From a bacterium (GTDB lineage: Bacteria > Krumholzibacteriota > Krumholzibacteriia > LZORAL124-64-63): a DNA stretch of 64,000 bases. The stretch is from assembly GCA_031441465.1 (NCBI GenBank), contig JANOEP010000010.1:128001-192000 (forward strand), given 5' to 3'. Numbering within the stretch: position 1 is the first letter of the stretch; each line of letters begins with the position of its first letter. The notes under the pieces are model-generated. The model saw only the letters and a program-made list of their open reading frames with translations, did not search any database and was not told the DNA's origin. Positions 45,112 to 54,131 of the stretch are shown piece by piece. The translations under genes were made by a program, and so were the position numbers.

Positions 45112-47385
45112 TCAACCCGCCGGCGACGCCGCGGCCAGCAGGCGGCGGGCGCCCTCGCGCGCGGTGGCGCCCGCATCGGCCGGCACGCCGACGCAGGCCG
45201 GGCAGCCGTGACCGCACGTGCAGCGCTCGAGGTGGCGCAGGGCGCCGGCCGTGATCTCGTCCAGCTGCAGGAAGATGCGGCGGGCGTAGCCGACGCCGCC
45301 GGGGTAGGCGTCGTAGAGGTAGAGGGTCGGGCGGTCGGTGAACGGCGACTTGACCATCGGCAGGGCGTGGATGTCCGACGGGTCGGCCATGATGAACGCC
45401 GGCGCGACGCGCCCGAGCAGGTGGGCCAGCCCTTTCAGGGCGTCGCCCAGGTCCAGGCGGGACGCCGCCAGCCAGGCGTGCGCGTCCGCGGGCAGCTCCC
45501 ACCAGAAACTCGTGGTGTGCAGTTCCATCTCCGGCAGGTGCACCCGTCCGGCACCCACGTTCTCGTGGGTGCCCAGCTTGATCTTCTTGTAGACCGTGAC
45601 CTTGCTCACCAGCCCGATCTCCCCGAGCCCCTTACGCCCGTAGGGCGCGTCCAGCGATTCGTCGTCGGTGAGCGTCCGCAGCTCGGTCTTGCGCTGGGCG
45701 TCGGTGTAGTAGTCGACCTGGACGGGCTTGACGTAGGCCTTGCGCCGCTCCCAGTCCAGCTTGTCGACGTGGTACTGGCGCCCGCCGTGGATGTAGACGG
45801 CCTCGTCGTGGAGCATCTCCTGGGCCCCGAACAGGTCCATCTCGCCGATGACCAGGCCGCGGGGCTGGTCGGTGTCGATGATGACGACGTTCTCGGGCGC
45901 GGCGCTGCGCAGGCTGACGTCCTCGGCGGGGTACGTCTCGGCCATCCAGTGGTAACGGGAGGCGTCGCGGTGCAGGACCCCCTGCTCGGCGAGGTAGTCG
46001 AGGATCTCGCCGACGTCGCGCCCGCCGAACTGCTCGCCCGCGTCGAAGGGCAGCTCGAAGGCCGCGCACTTGAGGTGACTGACCAGGATCACGAGGTTGT
46101 CGGGGTCGACCGCCGCGCTCTCGGGGGCGCGGGCGAAGAACCACTCGGGATTGGCCACGACGTACTGGTCCAGGGGGCTGCTGGTGGCCACCAGCACGGC
46201 CACCGAGAGGTTCCGGCTGCGCCCGGCGCGGCCCGCCTGCTGCCAGGTGCTGGCCACCGTACCGGCGTAGCCGCACATGACGCACACGTCGAGCCGGCCG
46301 ATGTCGATGCCGAGTTCCAGCGCGTTGGTGCTGACGACCGCCCGGACCGTCCCGTCGCGCAGCCCCTGCTCGATGGCGCGCCGCTCGGTGGGCAGGTAGC
46401 CGCCGCGGTAGCCGCGCACCTCGCCGCTGCGGATGCCGGTGCGCCGGCCCGCCCGCGCCAGGTAGGTCAGCAGCAGCTCGACGCGCGTGCGGGAGCGCGC
46501 GAACACGATCATCTGGGCGTCGGCGGCCAGGAAGCGCTCGGCCAGCGCGCGGGTCTCCTTGACCGCCGAGCGGCGGATCCCCAGTTCGCGGTTGACCACC
46601 GGCGGGTTGTAGAAGATGACGTGCTTCTCCCCCTGCGGCGCGCCGTTGTCGTCGATGACGCGCACCGGGCCGCCGGCCAGCTGGGCCGCCAGTTCGCCGG
46701 GGTTGGCGATCGTCGCCGAGCAGCCGATGAACAGCGGGTCGGCGCCGTAGAAACGGGCGATGCGCCGCAGCCGGCGCAGCACGTTCGCCACGTGGCTGCC
46801 GAACACGCCGCGGTAGTGGTGGACCTCGTCCACGACCACGTAGCGCAGGTTCTCGAAGAGCTTGACCCACAGGGTGTGGTGCGGCAGGACGCCCTGGTGC
46901 AGCATGTCCGGGTTGGTGATCACGATGTGGCCGCTGCTGCGGATCGCCCGGCGCGCCGTCTCGGGTGTGTCGCCGTCGAAGGTGTAGGTCTTGATGTCCG
47001 CGCCGAGGTCCGTGATCACGCCGTGGACCTCGTGCATCTGGTCCTGGCTGAGCGCCTTGGTCGGGAACAGGTAGAGGGCCCGGGCCTGCGGGTCGCGCAG
47101 GATCGTGTCCAGCACCGGCAGGTTGTAGCACATCGTCTTGCCGGAGGCCGTGGGCGTGACCACGACGAAGGGCTCGCCGGCGGCGGCGGCCCGGACGGCT
47201 TCGGCCTGGTGGGTGTAGAGTTCGGAGATCCCGCGCTCCCGCAGCGTGGAGACCAGCCGCGGGTGCAGGCTGTCGGGGAAGTCGGCGGTGCGCGCTTCCC
47301 GCGGCGGCAGCACTTCCCACCGGGTGACGTTGTCCAGGAAGGTCGCGTCGGCGCGGAGCCGGTCGAGCAGCTGCGCCAGGTTCAC
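45112..47385 (-). CDS. DEAD/DEAH-box helicase with DUF1998 (YprA/MrfA-like)
   Basis: PTASGKT, PTKALSQDQ, DEVH, SATIAN, ALELGIDIG, QQAGRAGR, YDAYPGG, CTCGHGCPAC. Confidence 0.93.
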   Translation of the reverse strand: MNLAQLLDRLRADATFLDNVTRWEVLPPREARTADFPDSLHPRLVSTLRERGISELYTHQAEAVRAAAAGEPFVVVTPTASGKTMCYNLPVLDTILRDPQARALYLFPTKALSQDQMHEVHGVITDLGADIKTYTFDGDTPETARRAIRSSGHIVITNPDMLHQGVLPHHTLWVKLFENLRYVVVDEVHHYRGVFGSHVANVLRRLRRIARFYGADPLFIGCSATIANPGELAAQLAGGPVRVIDDNGAPQGEKHVIFYNPPVVNRELGIRRSAVKETRALAERFLAADAQMIVFARSRTRVELLLTYLARAGRRTGIRSGEVRGYRGGYLPTERRAIEQGLRDGTVRAVVSTNALELGIDIGRLDVCVMCGYAGTVASTWQQAGRAGRSRNLSVAVLVATSSPLDQYVVANPEWFFARAPESAAVDPDNLVILVSHLKCAAFELPFDAGEQFGGRDVGEILDYLAEQGVLHRDASRYHWMAETYPAEDVSLRSAAPENVVIIDTDQPRGLVIGEMDLFGAQEMLHDEAVYIHGGRQYHVDKLDWERRKAYVKPVQVDYYTDAQRKTELRTLTDDESLDAPYGRKGLGEIGLVSKVTVYKKIKLGTHENVGAGRVHLPEMELHTTSFWWELPADAHAWLAASRLDLGDALKGLAHLLGRVAPAFIMADPSDIHALPMVKSPFTDRPTLYLYDAYPGGVGYARRIFLQLDEITAGALRHLERCTCGHGCPACVGVPADAGATAREGARRLLAAASPAG

Positions 47386-47459
47386 GGCGTCCGCCGATCC
47401 GCGCCGCCTGCCGGTTGCCTCATCACGACGGTTGCCTCCGGAGCGCGGGCGACGGCCGG

Positions 47460-47726
47460 TCAGCTGTCCTTGGGCGGCGAACCGGCGTCGCCGGTGTCGG
47501 CGCGCGGTGGGTCGCTGCGGGCGGTGTCGGTGCGGGCGACGTCGATCTCGCGCTTGACCTCGTCCTTGGCGTCCTGGGTCGCGCGGCGGAACTTCTTGAC
47601 GGAGGAACCGAGCGCCTCGGCGATCTCGGGCAGGCGTTTCGGCCCGAAGACCATCAGGACGACGAACGCGATGATCAGCAGCTCGCCCCAGCCGACGCCG
47701 CCGAAGACGGCGAGAAACGGTGCCAT
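47460..47726 (-). CDS. tatA: Twin-arginine translocase TatA/E subunit
   Basis: ELLIIAFVVLMVFGPKRLPEIAEALG..KFRRA. Confidence 0.92.
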   Translation of the reverse strand: MAPFLAVFGGVGWGELLIIAFVVLMVFGPKRLPEIAEALGSSVKKFRRATQDAKDEVKREIDVARTDTARSDPPRADTGDAGSPPKDS

Positions 47727-47744
47727 GTCCCACCCTCCGATCGG

Positions 47745-48008
47745 TCAGCGGTACCAGCGCAGGATCTGCGAGGCCACGAACACGCCGACCAGGCTCATGA
47801 AGTTGAAGTGCAGCTTGAAGCCGAAGGCGATCTCCAGGATCACCAGGTCCCACTGGTTCAGCTCGGGTCCGAAATCGACCGAGCGCACGAACAACTGGTG
47901 GGCCACCGAGCCCTCTTCCAGGAACAGGCCGATGATCTCGCTGAAGATGGCGCCGATCAAGATACCCAGGAACAGGGTGAGCAGCACCGTTCCCATGGAC
48001 TTCCGCAT
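47745..48008 (-). CDS. Small membrane protein (DUF4321-like)
   Basis: Two hydrophobic segments around a DLVILEIAFGFKLHFN hairpin pattern; GGGAGG RBS. Confidence 0.72.
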   Translation of the reverse strand: MRKSMGTVLLTLFLGILIGAIFSEIIGLFLEEGSVAHQLFVRSVDFGPELNQWDLVILEIAFGFKLHFNFMSLVGVFVASQILRWYR

Positions 48009-48107
48009 CCGCACCCTCCCCTGACCCTGACGAATCCCCGCTGCGTGCGGTGCAATATACCCCGTCCACCCCGTGAAACCAACGGGAATCGCGCCGCGGC
48101 GCCCCGA

Positions 48108-48611
48108 CTAGAGCCCCGAGCCGCGCAGGGCTTCGGCCAGGGCGGGCCGCAGCTGGGCGTAGGTCTGGTCGAGGGTTTCGGGGATCACCCGCGCGTCGCC
48201 GATGACGGTCATGAAGTTGGTGTCCGCCCGCCAGCGCGGCAGCAGGTGGACGTGGAAGTGCCCGGGGATGCCCGCGCCCGCCGCTGCGCCGCCGTTGTAG
48301 CCGGCGTTGACGCCGTGGGGCTGGTAGACCTCGCGCACCGCCCGTTCCGCGGCCGCGAGCAGGCGCGCCAGGTCGGTCACCGCCTCCGGGGCGCAGTCCG
48401 GCAACCCGCCGACGTGCTCGTTGCACACCAGCAGCAGGTGCCCGCCGTTGTAGGGGTAACGGTTGAGGATCGCGAACCAGTGCCGCGAGCGGTGCAGGAT
48501 GTACTCCTGCTCGTCGCGACCGCCCTGGCAGGCGCAGAACACGCACTCCGACTCCCGGTGGTCGCCCTGCTTGACGTAGTCGAGGCGCCAGGGTGTGAAC
48601 AGGCGGTCCAT
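48108..48611 (-). CDS. HIT-family nucleotide hydrolase/phosphorylase
   Basis: CVFC, LNRYPYNGGHLL, histidine triad HFHVH, PRW..DTNF. Confidence 0.93.
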   Translation of the reverse strand: MDRLFTPWRLDYVKQGDHRESECVFCACQGGRDEQEYILHRSRHWFAILNRYPYNGGHLLLVCNEHVGGLPDCAPEAVTDLARLLAAAERAVREVYQPHGVNAGYNGGAAAGAGIPGHFHVHLLPRWRADTNFMTVIGDARVIPETLDQTYAQLRPALAEALRGSGL

Positions 48612-48626
48612 CGGTGCTCCCTCCGC

Positions 48627-49373
48627 TCAGCCGCGGCGGCGCAGCAGCGTCTCGGCCGCGGCCAGCTCGTCGACCGTGTTGATGCCGACCACCTCGTCGG
48701 GATCGTCCATGGCCACGGCCTGCACCGCGCGCCCGTCCGCCACCAGGTGGGCGATCGTGTCGGTGAGGTAGTACTCGGACTGGTCGTTGTCCGCCCGCAG
48801 CTTCGCGAGCGCCGCGAACAGATCCGGGGTCCGGAAGCAGAAGACGCCGGTGTTGTACTCCCCGATCGCCAGCTCGCCCGGCGTCGCGTCGCGGGCCTCC
48901 ACGATGCGCAGCAGCCGCCCGGCGGGGTCCTTGACGATGCGGCCGTAGGCGCCGGCGTCCGCGACCACGCAGGTCAGCACCGAGGCGCTCGCCTGCGCGT
49001 CGACCGTCGCGGCGACCAGGCGCCGCAGGGTGGCGGGCCGCAGCAGAGGGACGTCGCCGGCCAGGACCAGGGTCCAGCCGTCGCCGGCGAGGCCGGGCAC
49101 GGCGACCTGCACGGCGTGCCCCGTGCCGAGCTGCGGATCCTGCAGGGCGAAGCTCACGTCGGGCGCCCGGCAGGACTCCTCCACCAGTTCCGCCGCGTGG
49201 CCCACGACGACCACGGTGTGGGGCACGCCCGCGGCGCGCACCGCGCCCAGCACGTGGTCGAGCAGGGTGCGCCCGCCGATGCGGTGCAGCACCTTCGGCA
49301 GTTCGGATTTCATGCGGGTGCCCTTGCCGGCCGCCAGGACGACGGCCTGCAGGACGGGCGGGGTGTCGGTCAC
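48627..49373 (-). CDS. Nucleotidyltransferase, GlmU N-terminal (uridylyltransferase) domain only
   Basis: LAAGKGTRMKSELPKVLH, QLGTGHA, GDVPL, YGRI, EYYLTD, GINT; stops at about 248 aa. Confidence 0.88.
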   Translation of the reverse strand: MTDTPPVLQAVVLAAGKGTRMKSELPKVLHRIGGRTLLDHVLGAVRAAGVPHTVVVVGHAAELVEESCRAPDVSFALQDPQLGTGHAVQVAVPGLAGDGWTLVLAGDVPLLRPATLRRLVAATVDAQASASVLTCVVADAGAYGRIVKDPAGRLLRIVEARDATPGELAIGEYNTGVFCFRTPDLFAALAKLRADNDQSEYYLTDTIAHLVADGRAVQAVAMDDPDEVVGINTVDELAAAETLLRRRG

Positions 49374-50248
49374 GGTTGTCCTCCTTCGAGCAGGGACGCC
49401 GCGCGCACCTCGTGCGGCCCGACGTCCAGGACCAGGTTGTCGATGAGCCGCGCCGGGCCGACCCGGGCGGCGATCGCGAGCAGCAGCCGCCCGTCGGCCC
49501 GCTCCGGGCGCGTCAGGTCGGGCACGCGCCGGACCTCGGCGTACTCCACGACGTCGGCCTCGGCGAGGTGCAGGGCCAGCATTTCCTCGAGCGCGTCGAC
49601 GGCCCGCTCGCCGGCCTCCAGTTCGCGCCGTGCGGCCCGCAGGGCGCGCGACAGGCAAGCCGCGCGCCGGCGGTCGTCGCCTTCCAGGTAGCGGTTGCGC
49701 GACGACATGGCCAAGCCGTCGGTTTCGCGCAGGGTGGGCGCGTCGACGAGCCGCACCGGCACCGCGAGGTCGCGCACGACCTCGTCCAGCACCAGGCACT
49801 GCTGGGCGTCCTTGCGGCCGAACACCGCCACGGCGGGGCCCACCAGGTTCAGCAGCTTGACGACCACCGTCGCGACGCCGCAGAAGTGGCCGGGCCGGCG
49901 CGCGCCGCACAGGGCGTCCGCCCGGGGACCGGGCTCGACGGCCGCTCCGTCCGGGCCCGGGTACATCTCCGACACCGCGGGCGCGAAGACGGCGGCGGGA
50001 TCCAGCGGGCGCAACAGTTCCAGGTCGTGTTCGAGGTCGCGGGGGTAGCGGGCGAAGTCCTCGCCCGGCGCGAATTGGGTCGGGTTGACGAAGATCGAGA
50101 CGACGACCGGGCCGATCGCCGCCGCCCGCTCCACCAGGGACAGATGACCCGCGTGCAGGGCGCCCATGGTGGGCACCAGCACCAGCCGGCCGGTGGACCT
50201 CAGGGGTGCGAGTCGCGCGAGGTCGGCCCGGGTGTGCAGCAGTTCCAC
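49370..50248 (-). CDS. panC: Pantoate--beta-alanine ligase
   Basis: VPTMGALHAGH, SIFVNPTQF, RPGHF, FGRKDAQQ, GLAMSSRN, RLIDN. Start set to GTG 50248. Confidence 0.96.
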   Translation of the reverse strand: MELLHTRADLARLAPLRSTGRLVLVPTMGALHAGHLSLVERAAAIGPVVVSIFVNPTQFAPGEDFARYPRDLEHDLELLRPLDPAAVFAPAVSEMYPGPDGAAVEPGPRADALCGARRPGHFCGVATVVVKLLNLVGPAVAVFGRKDAQQCLVLDEVVRDLAVPVRLVDAPTLRETDGLAMSSRNRYLEGDDRRRAACLSRALRAARRELEAGERAVDALEEMLALHLAEADVVEYAEVRRVPDLTRPERADGRLLLAIAARVGPARLIDNLVLDVGPHEVRAASLLEGGQP

Positions 50249-50252
50249 GCCC

Positions 50253-51104
50253 TCAATCCTCCCCGGCGCGGCGGGCCGGGTCCGGGCTCTCGTCCGGCGC
50301 GTCATGGAAGCAGTGTTCGGGTGCCGGGAAAACTCCGTCGCGCACCTCGGCGGCGAAACGGCGGACGGCGGCCGCGGCTTCGTCGCCCAGATCGGCGTAG
50401 CGCTTGACGAAGCGCGGACGGCGGCCGCGGTAGAGGCCCAGCAGGTCGTGGAAGACCAGGATCTGGCCGTCGCAACCAGGGCCGGCGCCGATGCCGATGG
50501 TCGGGATCCCCACGTGCGCGGTCACGCGCGCGGCCAGTTCCGCGGGGATGCACTCCAGCACCATGGCGAAGCAGCCGGCCTGCTCCAGGAACGCGGCTTC
50601 GTCCAGCAGACGGGCGGCGGCGTCCTTCCCGCGTCCCTGCACCTTGAAGCCGCCGAAGCGGTGCACGGACTGCGGCGTGAGGCCGAGGTGGCCCATGACC
50701 GGGATTTCCGCCGCCAGCAGGGCCTCGAGCATCGCGCCGCGCTGGCGACCGCCCTCGACCTTGACCGCCGTCGCGCCGCCGTCCTTCACCAGGCGGATCG
50801 CGTGGCGGACCGTGTCGTCGGGCGAGACGTGGAAGCTGCCGTAGGGCATGTCGGCGATCACCGGCACGCCGGGGCGCGCGCGGACGACCGCCGCGGTGTG
50901 GTGCACCATGTCGTCGATGGTTACCGGCAGGGTGGTCTCGTGGCCCAGCACGACCATGCCCAGCGAGTCGCCCACCAGCACCGCGTCGACGCCGGCCTCG
51001 CGGGCGATCTGCGCCGAGGCGAGGTCGTAGGCCGTCACCATCACGATCCGCTCGCCCGCGCGCTTGCGGGCGGCGAAGACCTCGAGGTTCGGCTGCGGCT
51101 CCAT
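50253..51104 (-). CDS. panB: 3-methyl-2-oxobutanoate hydroxymethyltransferase
   Basis: TAYD, LVGDSLGM, DMPYGS, KVEGG, GHLGLTPQ, IGIGAG..CDGQILV. Confidence 0.97.
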   Translation of the reverse strand: MEPQPNLEVFAARKRAGERIVMVTAYDLASAQIAREAGVDAVLVGDSLGMVVLGHETTLPVTIDDMVHHTAAVVRARPGVPVIADMPYGSFHVSPDDTVRHAIRLVKDGGATAVKVEGGRQRGAMLEALLAAEIPVMGHLGLTPQSVHRFGGFKVQGRGKDAAARLLDEAAFLEQAGCFAMVLECIPAELAARVTAHVGIPTIGIGAGPGCDGQILVFHDLLGLYRGRRPRFVKRYADLGDEAAAAVRRFAAEVRDGVFPAPEHCFHDAPDESPDPARRAGED

Positions 51105-51130
51105 GGCGTCTCCCGGGGTGGCGAGGCCGG

Positions 51131-51793
51131 TCAGGCGGGCGCGAAGAATCGGGTTCCCTGGAACGTCTCGCGCAGCTGGTCGTACAGGCGCTCGAAATCC
51201 CGGGGCACGTTCACGTAGTCGAAGTCGTTCGTGTTGACCACCAGCAGCGGCGTCTGCCGGTAGTGGTGGAAATAATAGCTGTAGGCGCCGTTGAGCGCCT
51301 CGATGTAGTCGCGGTTCATGTCGCGCTCGAAGCTGCGCCCGCGCTGCGCGATGCGCTCCATGAGCACGTCGGTCGAGGCCTGCAGGTAGATCACCAGGTC
51401 CGGCTGCAGGATGCGCTGCTCGAGGATCGTGGCCAGCTGGTCGTAGAGTACGAGTTCGTCGTCGCGCAGGTTCAGGTTGGCGAAGATGCGGTCCTTCGCG
51501 AACAGGTAGTCCGAGACCACCTTCTGGGCGAAGAGGTCCCCCTGCACCAGGCCCTGCTGCTGGCGGTAGCGGCTGAGCAGGAAGAAGAGCTGGGTCTGGA
51601 AGGCCAGGGCCGAACGGTCCTGGTAGAACTTCACCAGGAAGGGGTTCTCCTCCACGACCTCCAGGTTCACCTGGGCGCCGAGGCGACCCGCCAGGCGCTT
51701 GGTCAGGCTGGTCTTGCCGGCCCCGATCACGCCCTCCACGACGATGTAACGCCAGGGCAGCGTCGCCGCCGCCGCGCCTCCGTGCTCAGCCAT
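51131..51793 (-). CDS. Deoxynucleoside kinase
   Basis: VEGVIGAGKTS, ENPFL, QLFFL..RY.Q, PDLVIYL, RGRSFE. Confidence 0.92.
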   Translation of the reverse strand: MAEHGGAAAATLPWRYIVVEGVIGAGKTSLTKRLAGRLGAQVNLEVVEENPFLVKFYQDRSALAFQTQLFFLLSRYRQQQGLVQGDLFAQKVVSDYLFAKDRIFANLNLRDDELVLYDQLATILEQRILQPDLVIYLQASTDVLMERIAQRGRSFERDMNRDYIEALNGAYSYYFHHYRQTPLLVVNTNDFDYVNVPRDFERLYDQLRETFQGTRFFAPA

Positions 51794-52352
51794 CGCTCCC
51801 GTCCCAGGCCAGGGTTCCGCCGGGCAGGGGGCCAACCGGGGGCCCGCCCGCGGCGCGGATGATTGCACGAACGGCACCCACTGTCAGCCCCGAATCCGGC
51901 AGGATCCGACCGGGGTCCAGCTCCGCGAGCGGTTCCAGCACGAAGGCCCGCACGTGCAGGCGCGGGTGGGGGATCACCAGGTCCGGCTCGACCGAGATCA
52001 GGTCGCCGTACAGCAGGATGTCCAGATCGAGGCGTCGCGGCTGCAGGTGGGTGTCGGGCGGGCGGCCGCAGTCCCGTTCGATCCGCTGCAGCGCCGCCAG
52101 CAGTTCGCGCGGCGGCAGGGCCGTCGCGAAGCGGGCGCAGGCGTTCAGGTAGGGGGGCTGCGGATCGCCGGGACCGACGTAGGCGGTCTCCCAGATGCCG
52201 CTGCGGTCCAGGGGACGCACGCCGGGCAGTGCGGAGACGGCGTCCCAGCCCCGGCGCAGCCAGGTCAACCGGTCGCCCAGGTTGCTGCCCAGGCCCAGCG
52301 TCACCGTCGTCTCGTCGGGCCGAGGCCCCGACGATCCGGGGCCGGCCTTCAT
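51786..52352 (-). CDS. folK: 2-amino-4-hydroxy-6-hydroxymethyldihydropteridine pyrophosphokinase
   Basis: GLGSNLGDR, YLNA, PRRLDLDILLY, PHPRLHVRAFVLEPL. Confidence 0.95.
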   Translation of the reverse strand: MKAGPGSSGPRPDETTVTLGLGSNLGDRLTWLRRGWDAVSALPGVRPLDRSGIWETAYVGPGDPQPPYLNACARFATALPPRELLAALQRIERDCGRPPDTHLQPRRLDLDILLYGDLISVEPDLVIPHPRLHVRAFVLEPLAELDPGRILPDSGLTVGAVRAIIRAAGGPPVGPLPGGTLAWDGSDG

Positions 52353-52771
52353 TGGATGGACTCCCCGTGACCGTGCCGGTGCAGGGGTTTGCGGGCCTTG
52401 CGGGACAGCAGGTCCTCGCGGGTGCGGTCGATGGTCACCGAGACGCTGCCCAGGAAGTTCTTGATGGGCGGGTTCGGCTTGTGGACCGTGACGGTCGCCG
52501 CGTCCAGGGCGAACTCGGTCAGCAGCATGTCGCAGATGCGGCCGGCCAGGGCCTCCAGCAGCTGGAACGACTCCCCCGCCGTCAGCTCGATGATGCGCTG
52601 GTGGACCAGGGTGTAGTCCAGGGCGTCCTGCATGGAGTCGCTGATCGCGGCGCCCTGCACGTCGGTCCACAATTCCACGTCGATGACGAAGCGCTGGCCG
52701 AGTTCGCGCTCGGCCGGGTGAGCCCCGTGGTAGGCGTACACGTCGATGCCCGTCAGTCGGATGCAGTCCAT
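52349..52771 (-). CDS. folB: Dihydroneopterin aldolase
   Basis: YAYHGAHPAERELGQRFVID, LDY, LLEALA, VHKP. Confidence 0.95.
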   Translation of the reverse strand: MDCIRLTGIDVYAYHGAHPAERELGQRFVIDVELWTDVQGAAISDSMQDALDYTLVHQRIIELTAGESFQLLEALAGRICDMLLTEFALDAATVTVHKPNPPIKNFLGSVSVTIDRTREDLLSRKARKPLHRHGHGESIQ

Positions 52772-53922
52772 CAGAGCCTCCTGAATCGTTCCGCGGCCTC
52801 GGCCAGCCGCTCGTCCGGAGCCGTCAGGGACAGCCGGAACCAGCCTTCGCCCCCGGCGCCGAAGCCCGTGCCGGGAGTCACCACGACCGCCTCGCGCTCC
52901 AGCACGCGCCGGCAGAAGCCGCCGCTGTCCTCGCCGGCGGGCACGCGCGCCCACACGTAGAAGGTCGCCTCGGTCGCGAACACCTCGAACCCGGCGTCGC
53001 GCAGCGCGGCGGTCATCCGCCGGCGGCGCGGCGGGTAGACCGCCATGACCCCGCGCAGCAGGTCCTCGCCCGTCGGGCTGAGCGCCTGCGCGGCCACGTC
53101 CTGGACCGCCGAGAACACCCCGCTGTCGATGTTCTGCTTGACCTTGTCCAGGGCGGCGATCACCTCGGGATGACCCGCCGCGAAACCGATGCGCCAGCCC
53201 GTCATGTTGAACATCTTCGAGAGGCTGTGGAATTCCACGACACGCTCGCGCGAGGGGTCCGTCTCTCCCAGCAGCGACGCCGGACGACCGCCTTCGGGCA
53301 CGACCTCGAGGTAGGCGGCGTCGCTGGCCACCACGACGTCCGCGCCGCGCAGGGCGGCGACGACGTCGGCGTAGAAACCGGGCGCGGCGGTCGCGCCGGT
53401 GGGGTTGTTCGGATAATTCAGGTACAGCAGGCGCGTGCGCTCGCCGGCGGCGGCGGCCAGCGCCGCGGGATCGGGCAGGAAGCCGCGCTCGGCGGTCAGC
53501 GGGAAGGCGCGCGGCACGCCCCCGGCCAGCAGCGTGGCCGAAGCGTACACCGGGTAGCCGATATCCGGCACCAGGACCTCGTCCCCCTCTTCCAGCAGCG
53601 ACAGCGGCAGGTGGGCGAGACCTTCCTTGCTGCCGATCAGGGCCAGGACCTGGGTGTCGGGATCGACCACCACGCCGTGGCGCCGCCGCAGCCACTCCGC
53701 CGCGGCCCGCCGCAGCGCCGGCGAGCCGCGATTCGCCGGGTAGCGGTGGTGTTCCGGGCGGCGGATCGCGGCGGCCATCGCGTCGAGCAGCGGTGCGGGC
53801 GTCGGTCGGTCCGGATCGCCGATGCCCAGGTCGATGACGTCGCGTCCGGCCGCCATCGCCGCGCGTTTCGCGCGGTCGATCTCGGTGAAGAGGTAGGGCG
53901 CGAGGCGCTGCAGTCGGGACAT
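52771..53922 (-). CDS. dapL: Class I/II aminotransferase, LL-diaminopimelate aminotransferase-like
   Basis: APYLF, DLGIGDPD, LIGSKEG, LNYPNNPTG, DAAY, SLSKMFNMTGWRIGF. Substrate specificity is inferred. Confidence 0.72.
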   Translation of the reverse strand: MSRLQRLAPYLFTEIDRAKRAAMAAGRDVIDLGIGDPDRPTPAPLLDAMAAAIRRPEHHRYPANRGSPALRRAAAEWLRRRHGVVVDPDTQVLALIGSKEGLAHLPLSLLEEGDEVLVPDIGYPVYASATLLAGGVPRAFPLTAERGFLPDPAALAAAAGERTRLLYLNYPNNPTGATAAPGFYADVVAALRGADVVVASDAAYLEVVPEGGRPASLLGETDPSRERVVEFHSLSKMFNMTGWRIGFAAGHPEVIAALDKVKQNIDSGVFSAVQDVAAQALSPTGEDLLRGVMAVYPPRRRRMTAALRDAGFEVFATEATFYVWARVPAGEDSGGFCRRVLEREAVVVTPGTGFGAGGEGWFRLSLTAPDERLAEAAERFRRL

Positions 53923-54008
53923 GGCGCTCCAGTCGGGCGATCGCGGCACGGTCAGGGACGGGGCGGCCGGCTGCCGGCGCTCGCGAACACCTGGCCCCGG
54001 ATGGGCGA

Positions 54009-54071
54009 CGTGCGACGGGGGACGTGGTGCGTGGGTCGAGGGTCGTGAATCGCCGGGCGTTGATCGCTGGT
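54009..54071. repeat. Degenerate heptamer array (9 x 7 bp, each beginning CG on +)
   Basis: cgtgcga cggggga cgtggtg cgtgggt cgagggt cgtgaat cgccggg cgttgat cgctggt. Confidence 0.65.
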
Positions 54072-54102
54072 TCGCTCCGCCAGGATCTCCGGCGAGCGTG
54101 GG

Positions 54103-54131
54103 AACATAGGACAACCGCCGGAACGTGTCAA
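54103..54131 (-). promoter_or_regulatory. Sigma70-type promoter for the dapL-folB-folK-kinase-panBC operon
   Basis: TTGACA-N17-TATGTT on the minus strand; the -35 overlaps the upstream gene's stop codon. Confidence 0.65.

Noticed and set aside
53923..54100. Riboswitch (lysine or THF) in the dapL-folB leader
   Set aside because: No recognisable conserved aptamer core by eye; an Infernal scan would be needed.
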